A stretch of DNA of 64,000 bases from NCBI GenBank assembly GCA_964504365.1, contig CAZDDW010000003.1:8031-72030 (forward strand), in the 5' to 3' direction. The translations under genes were made by a program, and so were the position numbers. Below, piece by piece: positions 40,404 to 50,024 of this stretch (within the stretch, counting starts at the first letter, position 1; each line of letters opens with the position of its first letter). The DNA comes from an uncultured Gammaproteobacteria bacterium (GTDB lineage Bacteria; Patescibacteriota; Patescibacteriia; UBA9934; CAZDDW01). The notes under the pieces were generated by a model. That model searched no databases, had not been told where the DNA came from, and worked only from the letters and a program-made list of their open reading frames with translations.

Positions 40404-43310
40404 TTAGATAACAAAGTTAATCAATCGTCCTGGGACGTAAACTGTTTTCTTGATTTTATTGTCTGCAACAAACTTCTGAACATTCTCTTCTGCCAAAGCC
40501 AGCTTCTCTGCCTCCTTCTGGTCTAGATCTGGAGCTACCATTATTGTACCACGTAACTTTCCATTAACCTGAATCGGCAACTCAATCGTTTCGTCCTTAG
40601 CCAACTTTGGATCAAACTCTGGCCAAGCCTCAAACGTGATCGACTTCTTGTTTCCTAACTGCTGCCAGATCTCCTCAGTCACATGTGGAGCAAACGGTGC
40701 AAACACGGTCAGAAACTTAGCAAGGCTTTCTTTTGTAATCGAACCAGTGTCTTGTATCTTGTTAACCAGAATCATCATCTGCGATACGGCTGTGTTATAT
40801 TTCATTTCTTCGATATCAGAAGTTACCTTCTTGATTGTCTTGTGCAGCTCGCGAGTCACATCTTCGTCTTCTTTCTTTGCAACCATGTCCTGCAAATTCC
40901 AAACCTTTTCCAGGAACCTACGCACACCAACTACACCAGTCGTACTCCAAGGAATTGCTTCGCTAAAAGGACCCATGAACATTAAATACACTCGCAGCGT
41001 ATCAGCCCCATACTGCTCAACAATCTCATCCGGATTAATCACATTGCCAAACGACTTAGACATCTTGCGCCCGTCCTCAGCCAGAATCATCCCATGTGAA
41101 GTGCGCTTTTGGTATGGTTCGCTAGTTGGCACATGCCCTTGGTCGTGCAGGAACTTATTCCAGAAACGAGAGTAGAGCAAGTGCAGCGTGGTGTGCTCCA
41201 TTCCGCCGTTGTACCAATCAACTGGCATCCAATTCTTCAACTTATCTTCAGCCGCAAACACCTTATCGTTCTTTGGATCGATATAGCGCAGGAAATACCA
41301 ACTAGACCCAGCCCAGTTTGGCATCACATCAGTCTCACGCCTGGCAGGACCACCACATTCAGGACAAGTCGTGTTCACCCAATCGTCAACATTAGCCAAC
41401 GGTGATTCACCAGACTCAGTTGGTTCGAACTTCTTTACCTCAGGTAATTCAACTGGAAGCTGTTCATCTTTAACCGGCACCCAACCACCGTTTCGTTTCG
41501 AACCTTCATTATCCCAATCCGACACCGGCTTCTTATAACACTCTTCACAATGAACCAAAGGAATCGGCTCACCCCAATATCGTTGTCGAGAAAAAACCCA
41601 ATCACGTAACTTGTAATTAACTGCGGCCTTGCCCTTACCTTCTTTTTCCAACCACTGATTCATCTTCTTAATCGCCTCTGGCGTGTGCAGACCATCAAGA
41701 AAATCCGAATTAATACATTCGCCTTCACCAACAAAAGCCTGACCTTGATCTGAGTCAAGCTCCGACTTCCAACACCGCAGTTCAGAACAAGCCATACTCT
41801 CTTCTGTAATCTCACAACGATCAACCCAGCGTATTTCATGGGCTGCTTTTTCCTTATCCTCAACATCCACTTGCTTTTCACTTTTCAGATCAAACACGAT
41901 CGCGGTACTGTAAGCAACGCGATTCTCTTTTTTATGAGCAGCATAATATTCTGAACGAATCTCCTGACTCATAAACTTTCGAAATTCCAAATCAACATAT
42001 CCTGTTTCTTCTTCAATCTCACGTTTAGCAGCATCGATCAAATCCTCTCCATCATCAACCCCACCTAGAACAAAAGTTGTCCAAGGGTGTTTTTTCCAAT
42101 CAAGACACAAATATTTGTCAGTCTTTGGATTATGGACAATAGCCATTATCATTTTTCGAGTCACAATCTTCTTGCCTTTTTGTGGTGGATTATTTTTATC
42201 ACATACGCAAGGTGCTACCACTTGTTGAATCAGTAGACCAAACTTTATAGCAAACTCAAAGTCACGCTCATCATGCGCAGGAACAGCCATGATCGCACCA
42301 GTACCGTAGCCCATCAAAACATAATCAGCGATCCAGATTGGAATCTTTTCATTGTTCACTGGATTAGTCGCATACGCGCCAGTAAACACTCCTGTTTTTT
42401 CTTTTGATACATCACCGCGCTCAATATCCGTTTTCGCGGCAGCCTCTTTCTTATACTTGGTCACGGCCTTCATCTGCTCCTTGGTCGTGATCTGCTCTAC
42501 TAACTCATGCTCAGGCGCCAAGACCATATATGTAGCTCCAAACAAAGTATCCGGACGAGTTGTAAAGACTTTCAAATACGGTGTCACTCCGCCGGACTTT
42601 TGATCAACCTCAAACTCAACAATCGCACCTTCAGATCGGCCGATCCAGTTAGCCTGCTGCGCTTTGATCTTGTCCAAGAAATCAACAGTATCCAAATCAT
42701 CTAACAACTTGTCGGCATAGCGAGTGATCTCCAACATCCATTGCTCACGATCCCGCTTCTCAACTTCCCCACCACAACGCTCACACTTTCCATCAACCAC
42801 TTCCTCATTAGCCAAACCAATCTTGCAAGACAAACACCAATTAATCGGCATCTTGGATTTGTAAGCCAAACCAGCCTTGAACAACTGCAAGAAAATCCAT
42901 TGTGTCCATTTGTAATAATTCGGATCTGTCGTGTCCACCTCACGCGACCAATCAAAAGAAAAACCAATAGACTTCAGCTGACGCTTAAAGGTTGCGATGT
43001 TCTGCTGAGTCGCCTCACGCGGATGAGTCCCAGTCTTGATCGCGTAGTTCTCGGTCGGCAAACCAAAAGCGTCCCAACCAATTGGATACAAAACATTATG
43101 CCCCTCAGCTCGTCGCTTACGCGCCACAATATCCAGCGCGGTGTAAGATCGCGGATGTCCAACGTGCAAACCGGCTCCTGACGGATAAGGAAACTCAACT
43201 AAACAAAAATACTTCGGCTTGTCCGAATTATCCTGCGCTTCGTATAATTTTTTCTCCTCCCAAAACTTTTGCCATTTAGGCTCGATTTCTAAGTGGTTGT
43301 ACCGATCCAT
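40404..43310 (-). CDS. leuS: leucyl-tRNA synthetase carrying an inserted Nudix hydrolase domain
   Basis: HVGH, TRPDT editing motif and KMSKS are present. About 165 extra residues lie between AHDERDFEFA and NSDFLDG, containing a perfect Nudix box GGVDDGEDLIDAAKREIEEETGY. Confidence 0.9.
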   Translation of the reverse strand: MDRYNHLEIEPKWQKFWEEKKLYEAQDNSDKPKYFCLVEFPYPSGAGLHVGHPRSYTALDIVARKRRAEGHNVLYPIGWDAFGLPTENYAIKTGTHPREATQQNIATFKRQLKSIGFSFDWSREVDTTDPNYYKWTQWIFLQLFKAGLAYKSKMPINWCLSCKIGLANEEVVDGKCERCGGEVEKRDREQWMLEITRYADKLLDDLDTVDFLDKIKAQQANWIGRSEGAIVEFEVDQKSGGVTPYLKVFTTRPDTLFGATYMVLAPEHELVEQITTKEQMKAVTKYKKEAAAKTDIERGDVSKEKTGVFTGAYATNPVNNEKIPIWIADYVLMGYGTGAIMAVPAHDERDFEFAIKFGLLIQQVVAPCVCDKNNPPQKGKKIVTRKMIMAIVHNPKTDKYLCLDWKKHPWTTFVLGGVDDGEDLIDAAKREIEEETGYVDLEFRKFMSQEIRSEYYAAHKKENRVAYSTAIVFDLKSEKQVDVEDKEKAAHEIRWVDRCEITEESMACSELRCWKSELDSDQGQAFVGEGECINSDFLDGLHTPEAIKKMNQWLEKEGKGKAAVNYKLRDWVFSRQRYWGEPIPLVHCEECYKKPVSDWDNEGSKRNGGWVPVKDEQLPVELPEVKKFEPTESGESPLANVDDWVNTTCPECGGPARRETDVMPNWAGSSWYFLRYIDPKNDKVFAAEDKLKNWMPVDWYNGGMEHTTLHLLYSRFWNKFLHDQGHVPTSEPYQKRTSHGMILAEDGRKMSKSFGNVINPDEIVEQYGADTLRVYLMFMGPFSEAIPWSTTGVVGVRRFLEKVWNLQDMVAKKEDEDVTRELHKTIKKVTSDIEEMKYNTAVSQMMILVNKIQDTGSITKESLAKFLTVFAPFAPHVTEEIWQQLGNKKSITFEAWPEFDPKLAKDETIELPIQVNGKLRGTIMVAPDLDQKEAEKLALAEENVQKFVADNKIKKTVYVPGRLINFVI
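41715..42210 (-). other. Nudix (MutT-like) domain embedded in leuS, about residues 368..532
   Basis: Nudix box G-x5-E-x7-REUxEExGU matched exactly, with flanking strands of the Nudix fold (MAIVHN, AIVFDL, HEIRWV). Confidence 0.6.
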
Positions 43311-43317
43311 AAGTTTT

Positions 43318-43357
43318 CTGGTTATCTGGTTATCTGGTTATCTGGTTATCTGGTTAA
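43318..43357. repeat. tandem octamer repeat (GTTATCTG, 4.5 copies) followed by three AGACAAC repeats, upstream of leuS
   Basis: ctggttatctggttatctggttatctggttatctggtta, then tagacaactagataaccagacaacaagacaac. Confidence 0.7.
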
Positions 43358-43448
43358 AACTAGACAACTAGATAACCAGACAACAAGACAACTCATACAG
43401 CCAAAATCGTATCATATTTAAGGCTCCAAGGCAATTTACTGCTTTACC

Positions 43449-43478
43449 TTGACAAACCCATCTTTCCATGCTTAAATA
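43449..43478 (+). promoter_or_regulatory. sigma70-like promoter (TTGACA, 18 nt, TAAATA)
   Basis: Lies upstream of the 43605 gene. Confidence 0.4.
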
Positions 43479-43604
43479 CCTTCTCATGCCACGCGCTGGG
43501 CAAGGCTCTCACAGGGTACTACGACCTCACCGGTCCTGGGCTCTACCAAATGGGACTTGATCCCTGATCCTTGTACTAGCGTCTACCACGAAAGGAGATG
43601 TGCC

Positions 43605-44900
43605 ATGAGTCGTGACGAAAAAGAAACCCCTCTTTCCAAATTCGTATCCACCCTGGGACGGCTATTGCCGAAGTTCGAACGCCGAGAGCTTCCGCTCTCA
43701 CGTTTGGACAACGCGCGCATGGCTCTGGATGGAGCAGCCGTCCCGCTTCCGAACAGCGCTGGACCGCAGCTACCGACCAAACTCTACGGCGGCGTCAACG
43801 AGGTCGCTCTGGCTGCTGATGGCACCAGATTCGTGACCGGAAAGCGACACGGGAGAAAAGGTGAAAAGGTCGTTCTCTTGAGGGCGATGCCGGGCAGCGA
43901 TCAGTTCGAAGAGGTCGACTCGGCACCGGTCATCGAGCGACTCTTCGTACCAGAAGGATCGAACAAGCCAGCCTACATGCGCGCCATCGAACGTGGTGTC
44001 AGCCATGCCGAGTGGGTCTGGAACGGCCTGACTCTGCCCGGCGACCAGAACGACATGGACACTCGCCCGCTGTTCTGGACCAATGATCAAGGGATCAACG
44101 GGGCCGTAATCACCAAGGGAAAGTTGTACGTGTGGCATTCCGGCCAGCGGCACATCGTTGGTCTTCCTCACCGATACAGAGAATACAAACCAACTCACAT
44201 CCAGCTCATCAGTAAAAGCCTGTTCCAGATCTGGGGTCTTCCAGCCCACCAGGATGTGGTTGTCTGGCGCGACAAGGTGGGTCCTGCGGGAATGTACATT
44301 GACCGTGAATCAGTAGTCAGGGGCGTCAACGCCGAGCCCTGGTTCTTGGCCCGAGCCAACGCTGCCCATGGCCCTGTCCACGTCTGCAACATGGACGGGC
44401 TAGAGCGGATGCTCGAACACAAGCCCGAGGGCATCTGGACCGCTCCTGGGAAGATCTTCGTCCTGGAAGAGACCCTGACTGGGCCCGACGGTCCGAGCTG
44501 TCGCGTCCATGAGGTCATCTCAGGCTGGAGTTCAGACTTGCTCGACCAGCAGGTCGAGCAAGTCTGGGCACTGAGTGGTCACTCCAGTGACATCGCCCTT
44601 CACAACCGAAACTCGGGAGTGCTGCGCTATCTGAGTGAAAGTAGCAGCGTCATCGGACAAGCACCGGCAATGTCACGCGCCAGTGTCCGACAGATGGGCA
44701 ACCTGTTCGTCTATCAGATCGGCGATACCTTCGCCTTCCTGAAAGACACCAACATCGAATTCTCAGCCCACAGAATTCCGCGACAAGAACTGGGGCTCGA
44801 ACATCTGGTGCTCATGAACGACGGGACGATCCAGGGCATAGTCAAATCCGGTACGAGTGTGGTGACGTATACCTTCTTCGATCCAAGCAAGCGCGCGTAA
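43605..44900 (+). CDS. GC-rich hypothetical protein (431 aa)
   Basis: Start at MSRDEKETPL with ribosome-binding site aaaggag; hairpin terminator cccccg-aacgact-cggggg plus T-run at 44905..44940; no recognisable motif. Confidence 0.45.
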   Translation: MSRDEKETPLSKFVSTLGRLLPKFERRELPLSRLDNARMALDGAAVPLPNSAGPQLPTKLYGGVNEVALAADGTRFVTGKRHGRKGEKVVLLRAMPGSDQFEEVDSAPVIERLFVPEGSNKPAYMRAIERGVSHAEWVWNGLTLPGDQNDMDTRPLFWTNDQGINGAVITKGKLYVWHSGQRHIVGLPHRYREYKPTHIQLISKSLFQIWGLPAHQDVVVWRDKVGPAGMYIDRESVVRGVNAEPWFLARANAAHGPVHVCNMDGLERMLEHKPEGIWTAPGKIFVLEETLTGPDGPSCRVHEVISGWSSDLLDQQVEQVWALSGHSSDIALHNRNSGVLRYLSESSSVIGQAPAMSRASVRQMGNLFVYQIGDTFAFLKDTNIEFSAHRIPRQELGLEHLVLMNDGTIQGIVKSGTSVVTYTFFDPSKRA

Positions 44901-45008
44901 CGGATCATCTCCCCCCCCGAACGACTCGGGGGATTTTTTATTGAAACATAAAAGGACACCCGCAAGGAGTGCCCCACGTACGGGTCAACGGCCGTTGACC
45001 CCTACATT

Positions 45009-45347
45009 TTAACTTTCTTCCCCAAACTGTAACTGGTGTCCAGCTTCCATCCAGCCGTGCAAGCCGCTGTCAAACAAGTCGACCTGCTGGTAACCAAGCT
45101 CTTGCAGTTTCTTAATCGCGTCAAAGCATTCTTGCTTGCCATGGAAGTCAGCATAAACAATTACCGGAACTTCCTTGTCTAGCAAAACCTTAGCCGCGGT
45201 CTCGACAAAATTAGTATCGTACGGCAGATTGACCGCACTGGCAATGTGATTGTGTTCGTAATGTTCAGCATTACGAATATCAACAAGCATAAAAGTCTCA
45301 TCAGCATCCATCTTAGCTTTTAGCTCGTCAGCAGTAAGTGTAAGCAT
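45009..45347 (-). CDS. rhodanese-like domain protein, probably inactive (Asp in place of the catalytic Cys)
   Basis: 112 aa with the rhodanese fold pattern; the active-site loop reads VIVYADFHGKQ where Cys is expected. Confidence 0.65.
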   Translation of the reverse strand: MLTLTADELKAKMDADETFMLVDIRNAEHYEHNHIASAVNLPYDTNFVETAAKVLLDKEVPVIVYADFHGKQECFDAIKKLQELGYQQVDLFDSGLHGWMEAGHQLQFGEES

Positions 45348-45364
45348 ACATTTACACTATAACA

Positions 45365-46618
45365 TTAGATGATATTTTTGTCCTTCATTGCTTGTTCAAT
45401 CCGTTTCATGGCCACGATAAATGCGCCTGTTCGAAGATCAATCGACTTTTCTTTCGCCACACTCGATACGGCTGCGAACGACTCTTGCATGATCGGCTGC
45501 AACTTTCCAAAAACATCTTCCTCAGTCCAGCGCTCGCCTTTAAGATTCTGTTCCCACTCAAACGAGCTAACGGTCACACCACCGGCATTGGCCAGAATAT
45601 CCGGGAGAACTGGGACACCTTTTTCAAACAAGACCTGATCGGCTTCTGGGGTAATTGGTCCGTTGGCCAGCTCTAAGATAACTTTTGTCCGAACACGATC
45701 AACGTTTTCTTTTGTAATTGAATTTTCAAGAGCTGCAGGAACTAATACATCGCACTCGACCTCAAGCAATTCTTGTTTTGATATCTGGGTACCAGCGTAA
45801 AAATCATTTACTGGCTTGCGTTCAGCTTTGTGTTCCATCAACTTCGGAATGTCTAGACCGCTTGGATCCTGGATACCACCTTGCGAATCTGAAACTGCGA
45901 TCACTTTATAACCAGCTTCGTGAAATAGTTTTGCGATGAACTGTCCAGCGTTTCCAAATCCCTGGACAACCACAGTCGATCCTTGGGCCAGGTTCAATTC
46001 TTTGTTCATCTCTTCGAACACATAAAAACCACCTTGTGCTGTTGCCGTCCCTCGACCTTCGCTGCCTCCTTGCTCAACCGGCTTACCAGTGATCACGGCA
46101 CCAGTAGTATCGCCAGAAATCTTTGAATACTCATCAGAAATCCAGTTCATGATTTGTGGTGTGGTGTTCACGTCTGGTGCTGGGATATCTCGATCAGGTC
46201 CAATCACATCAGCCATGCCACGAGCCCAGCCGCGAGACAACTTCTCGATCTCAGTCTCAGACAGCTCTTTTGGATTCACAGTAATACCACCCTTGCCTCC
46301 GCCAAGCGGGATGTTAACCACAGCACATTTCAAAGCCATCCAAAAAGCCAAGGCCTTAACTTCGTCAATATCCGTATCCTGATGATAACGAATACCACCC
46401 TTGTACGGGCCGCGGGCTGAGTTGAACTGGACACGATAACCTTCGTAGACTTCAAGCGAACCATCATCTTTACGTACCGGGATCGAGATACGGACCTCGC
46501 GCTCTGGCGCAGCCAGTACATCAAGAAAGTCGTTAGTAAAATCGCCGACCTCTGAGGCTCGGCGAAGTTGCTCTAATGCATTTTGAAATGGATTGGTCAT
46601 ATTATTCTTGTTCATCAA
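45365..46618 (-). CDS. gdhA: glutamate dehydrogenase
   Basis: KGGIRYH, PLGGGKGG and the GFGNAG Rossmann motif. Confidence 0.85.
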   Translation of the reverse strand: MMNKNNMTNPFQNALEQLRRASEVGDFTNDFLDVLAAPEREVRISIPVRKDDGSLEVYEGYRVQFNSARGPYKGGIRYHQDTDIDEVKALAFWMALKCAVVNIPLGGGKGGITVNPKELSETEIEKLSRGWARGMADVIGPDRDIPAPDVNTTPQIMNWISDEYSKISGDTTGAVITGKPVEQGGSEGRGTATAQGGFYVFEEMNKELNLAQGSTVVVQGFGNAGQFIAKLFHEAGYKVIAVSDSQGGIQDPSGLDIPKLMEHKAERKPVNDFYAGTQISKQELLEVECDVLVPAALENSITKENVDRVRTKVILELANGPITPEADQVLFEKGVPVLPDILANAGGVTVSSFEWEQNLKGERWTEEDVFGKLQPIMQESFAAVSSVAKEKSIDLRTGAFIVAMKRIEQAMKDKNII

Positions 46619-47525
46619 GATATCGTTTTACATCAATCGCGGCTTGGCAACCTTCACCAGCAGCAGTGATTGCCTGGCGATATTTCCAATCAGCCACATC
46701 ACCAGCAGCAAAAACACCTTCGACTGATGTTGTGGTTGAATCATCCTTAGTTACAATGTAACCCTTAGCCATCTCAAGTTTATCAATTACGAAATCTGTA
46801 CTTGGTCGTCGACCGATAGCAACAAACATTCCATCAGCCTCGATCTCGGTTTCTTCGTTAGTCTTGTTATTAACGATTTTAGCTCCGGTCATCTTAGCAT
46901 CATCTCCGAGAACTTCCTTAACTTCGGTGTTGTATACAAACTCAATCTTCGGATCATTCTTGGCCCGCTTTTCCATAATCTCTGAAGCCTTGACCTCGTC
47001 CTTGCGAACCAAGACCTTCACTTCAGTAGCGAACTTGGTCAAGAAGGTTGCTTCTTCCATAGCCGAATCACCACCACCAACAACAATCAACTTTTTATCT
47101 TTAAAGAAAAATCCGTCGCATGTTGCACAAGCAGACACACCACGGCCTTTATATTTTTCCTCGCCTTCAACACCCAACCATCGCGCCTCAGCGCCGGTTG
47201 AAATAATCACAGTCTTGGCTTGAAATTCTTTATCAGCAGTTTTGATTTTAAAAGGCTGTGCAGAAAAATCCACTTCAGTCACTGTATCAACCACAAACTC
47301 AGTTCCAAATCGTTCAGCTTGCTTTTTAAACAGACCCATTAAATCTGGACCCTGAATCCCTTCAGGAAAACCAGGATAGTTTTCAACTTCCGTAGTCCAC
47401 ATCAGCTGCCCGCCAGTTTGTGGACCATCAATCATTAGTGGTTTGAGCTCGGCTCGAGCAGCGTAAATTGCTGCCGTATATCCAGCAGGACCAGAGCCGA
47501 TAATAATTACGTCGCGCACCTCCAT
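46602..47525 (-). CDS. trxB: thioredoxin reductase
   Basis: IIGSGPAGYTAAIYAARA, the CATC redox centre and GGGDSAME. Confidence 0.9.
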   Translation of the reverse strand: MEVRDVIIIGSGPAGYTAAIYAARAELKPLMIDGPQTGGQLMWTTEVENYPGFPEGIQGPDLMGLFKKQAERFGTEFVVDTVTEVDFSAQPFKIKTADKEFQAKTVIISTGAEARWLGVEGEEKYKGRGVSACATCDGFFFKDKKLIVVGGGDSAMEEATFLTKFATEVKVLVRKDEVKASEIMEKRAKNDPKIEFVYNTEVKEVLGDDAKMTGAKIVNNKTNEETEIEADGMFVAIGRRPSTDFVIDKLEMAKGYIVTKDDSTTTSVEGVFAAGDVADWKYRQAITAAGEGCQAAIDVKRYLDEQE

Positions 47526-47526
47526 A

Positions 47527-47838
47527 CTAAGCCAACTTTTCCAAACGCTCTTGCAGAGCTTCTTTAGTCATTGCTCCGGAAAACTGGTCAACCACTTGTC
47601 CGCCTTTGAAAACAATGAAAGTTGGGATGGACAAAATATTATGTTGCTGAGCCAGGTCTTGAGCTTCGTCAACATTGACTTTACCAACTTTGACCTTGCC
47701 TTCAAGAGCCTTGGCCACCTCATCAATGACCGGAGCCATCATTTTACAAGGACCACACCATGGAGCCCAAAAATCCACTAAGACCGGCAGATCAGACTGC
47801 ATTACTTCAGTTTGAAAATTTTCAGAATTCAAATCCAT
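47527..47838 (-). CDS. trxA: thioredoxin
   Basis: WAPWCGPCK. Confidence 0.9.
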   Translation of the reverse strand: MDLNSENFQTEVMQSDLPVLVDFWAPWCGPCKMMAPVIDEVAKALEGKVKVGKVNVDEAQDLAQQHNILSIPTFIVFKGGQVVDQFSGAMTKEALQERLEKLA

Positions 47839-47848
47839 ATAATTATAT

Positions 47849-47958
47849 TAATGACCAATGATCAATAACCAATTACCCAGATAATAATCAATGACCGAAT
47901 TTTCGAACATTGGTTATTTGGTAATTATTTTGATCATTGTTATTTGGTTATTGGTTAT
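47849..47958. repeat. ~110-bp AT-rich repeat copy A, built from inverted ATGACCAATGATCAATAACCAATTACC / GGTAATTATTTTGATCATTGTTATTTGGTTATTGG arms around TTCGAA
   Basis: About 85 percent identical to 61530..61641. The spurious plus-strand ORFs at 47891 and 61599 share the peptide IILIIVIWLLVILL. Sits between the infB stop and the trxA start. Confidence 0.7.
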
Positions 47959-47963
47959 TCTAC

Positions 47964-49994
47964 TTAGCGTTTTGAAACCCCTTCAATTTCAAGAACCTTT
48001 TTCTCTGCCTTTTCTGAATATAGTTCAAACACATCACCAGGCTCAGCTTTTACTTTTCCTTTATATTGAATACCACACTCCTGGTTCTTCAAAACCTCGC
48101 TGGTATCTTGTTTGTTGGCCTGGAGCTTAAGCATGATCGCCTCACCAATTATCTCATCTCCGCGCATCAGGCGCAACTTAGAATCTTTCAAAGCTGTACC
48201 TTCAATCACCTTAGCACCAATAATCCAACCGTTATCAGTCTTTTTAAAATTCATCAGCACTTCAACTTTACCAGTCTCTGTAACTACGATTTCCTCTGGC
48301 ATTAATTTTTCAAGACGTTCAACCATGTCTTCGAAAATCTTGTAAATAACCGAATTCTCCATGATTTCAACATTTTTATCACGAGCCAACTCCGCAGCCG
48401 TACCAGTTGGTTTAACACTAAAGGCGTAGATCACGGCCTTACTTGCCTCAGCTGCCAAAACCTCAGAGTCTGTCACATCTCCAAGACCCTTGTCCAAAAT
48501 CTTCACCTCAACGTGCGGATTTTTTTGCAGCTTCTCAATCATCCCAAGCAGTGCCTCCAAAGAACCAAGCACATCGGCTTTAATGATCATGGTCAAACAC
48601 GGCTTGGTCTGTTCCTCATCTTCAACAACAGGGGCAATCTTAGTCGCAGTAACCTCATCAATTGCAGCAGATTTAACTGTCTTGAACTTTGTTTTTTTCA
48701 AATCTTTTATATTTTCTGGAACTTCAATCACATCACCCACAGTTGGTGCAGCCTTGAAGCCAAGAACACGAACCGGGGTCGATGGTAATGCCTCTTTAAC
48801 ATTTTTATTCTGCCAATCTTGCATTGCCTTAACTTTTCCATAAAGCATGCCGCGCACACCAAGCGGATCACCAACGCGGAGTGTTCCAGTCTGAACCAAT
48901 GCAGTAACCACAGGCCCAGCACCTGGATCAATTTTAGAATCAATCACTGTTCCAATTGCTGTGCGTTCTGGATTGGCCACAATCTTTTCTTTTTCCATGT
49001 CAGCCACCAAAATCAACATGTCTAAAATATCGTCGATACCAATCTGTTTCTTTGCCGAAATTGGAACCATGATCGTATCCCCTCCCCAATCTTCTGGATT
49101 CAAACCTTTTTCTGCTAGCTGGCCTTTTACCATGTCAATATTCTGTTCCGCTTTGTCGATCTTGTTCAATGCAACAATAAAAGGCATGCCTGATGCCTTG
49201 ATAATATCAATTGCCTCGCGAGTCTGCGGCTGAATTCCATCGTCCACAGCAACAACCAAAATTGCAATATCAGCCACCTTGGCTCCACGCGAACGCATGA
49301 CCGTAAAAGCTTCATGTCCAGGAGTATCAATAAATGTCAGCTGTCGGTTCTTGCGCTCAACCTGATAAGCACCGATGTGCTGAGTAATTCCACCAGCCTC
49401 TTCGTCAACCACGTTAGTTGTTCTAATAGCATCAAGCAATTTGGTCTTTCCATGATCAACGTGTCCCATGACAACAACAACCGGAGGTCGCTCAACTGCA
49501 TCTTTTTTATCTTCCCCTTCCAAAATCTCACCAACTCGTTCTAGATCTGCCTCCTGTTCTTCATCTGGACTTTCCTCCTCAGCCTTAGCTTCAAACCCAA
49601 GGTCAGAAGCAATAATGGCTGCGGTTTCAAAATCGATCGTATCATTCAACGAGGCCAAGATTCCGGCCTTCATCAACTCTTGCATTACCTTGGCAACCGG
49701 CAATTCCAAACGTCCGGCAAATTCACGCACAGCAATTGTTGGCGGCAAAGCAACTGGCTTTTTTGGAGCCTGATCTTCTGCTCCAGCTCCGGCTGCTTGC
49801 TGCTGCTGGGCCTCACGTTTCATCTTCAGTCTCTGTCGTCGACGATACTCACCCCAAGCATTCATGATCTGATTAGCAATCCGATCATCAACCTTAATCG
49901 CTTTCTTTCCAATACTAAAACCGAGCTCAGGCAACTTCTCCCTAAGCTCTTCTGGGTTAACATTTAATCGTCGTGCTAGTTCAGTTACATTCAT
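47964..49994 (-). CDS. infB: translation initiation factor IF-2
   Basis: [16 protein letters not shown] and NKID motifs; C-terminal beta-barrels. Confidence 0.9.
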   Translation of the reverse strand: MNVTELARRLNVNPEELREKLPELGFSIGKKAIKVDDRIANQIMNAWGEYRRRQRLKMKREAQQQQAAGAGAEDQAPKKPVALPPTIAVREFAGRLELPVAKVMQELMKAGILASLNDTIDFETAAIIASDLGFEAKAEEESPDEEQEADLERVGEILEGEDKKDAVERPPVVVVMGHVDHGKTKLLDAIRTTNVVDEEAGGITQHIGAYQVERKNRQLTFIDTPGHEAFTVMRSRGAKVADIAILVVAVDDGIQPQTREAIDIIKASGMPFIVALNKIDKAEQNIDMVKGQLAEKGLNPEDWGGDTIMVPISAKKQIGIDDILDMLILVADMEKEKIVANPERTAIGTVIDSKIDPGAGPVVTALVQTGTLRVGDPLGVRGMLYGKVKAMQDWQNKNVKEALPSTPVRVLGFKAAPTVGDVIEVPENIKDLKKTKFKTVKSAAIDEVTATKIAPVVEDEEQTKPCLTMIIKADVLGSLEALLGMIEKLQKNPHVEVKILDKGLGDVTDSEVLAAEASKAVIYAFSVKPTGTAAELARDKNVEIMENSVIYKIFEDMVERLEKLMPEEIVVTETGKVEVLMNFKKTDNGWIIGAKVIEGTALKDSKLRLMRGDEIIGEAIMLKLQANKQDTSEVLKNQECGIQYKGKVKAEPGDVFELYSEKAEKKVLEIEGVSKR

Positions 49995-50024
49995 AGTGCG
50001 CCTATTCTACTAAATTCCGCTTAA

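Noticed and set aside
47891-48130. ORFs 47891..48130 (+) and 61599..61874 (+) sharing the peptide IILIIVIWLLVILL
   Set aside because: Both are produced by translating the ~110-bp repeat. They indicate a DNA repeat, not a protein family.
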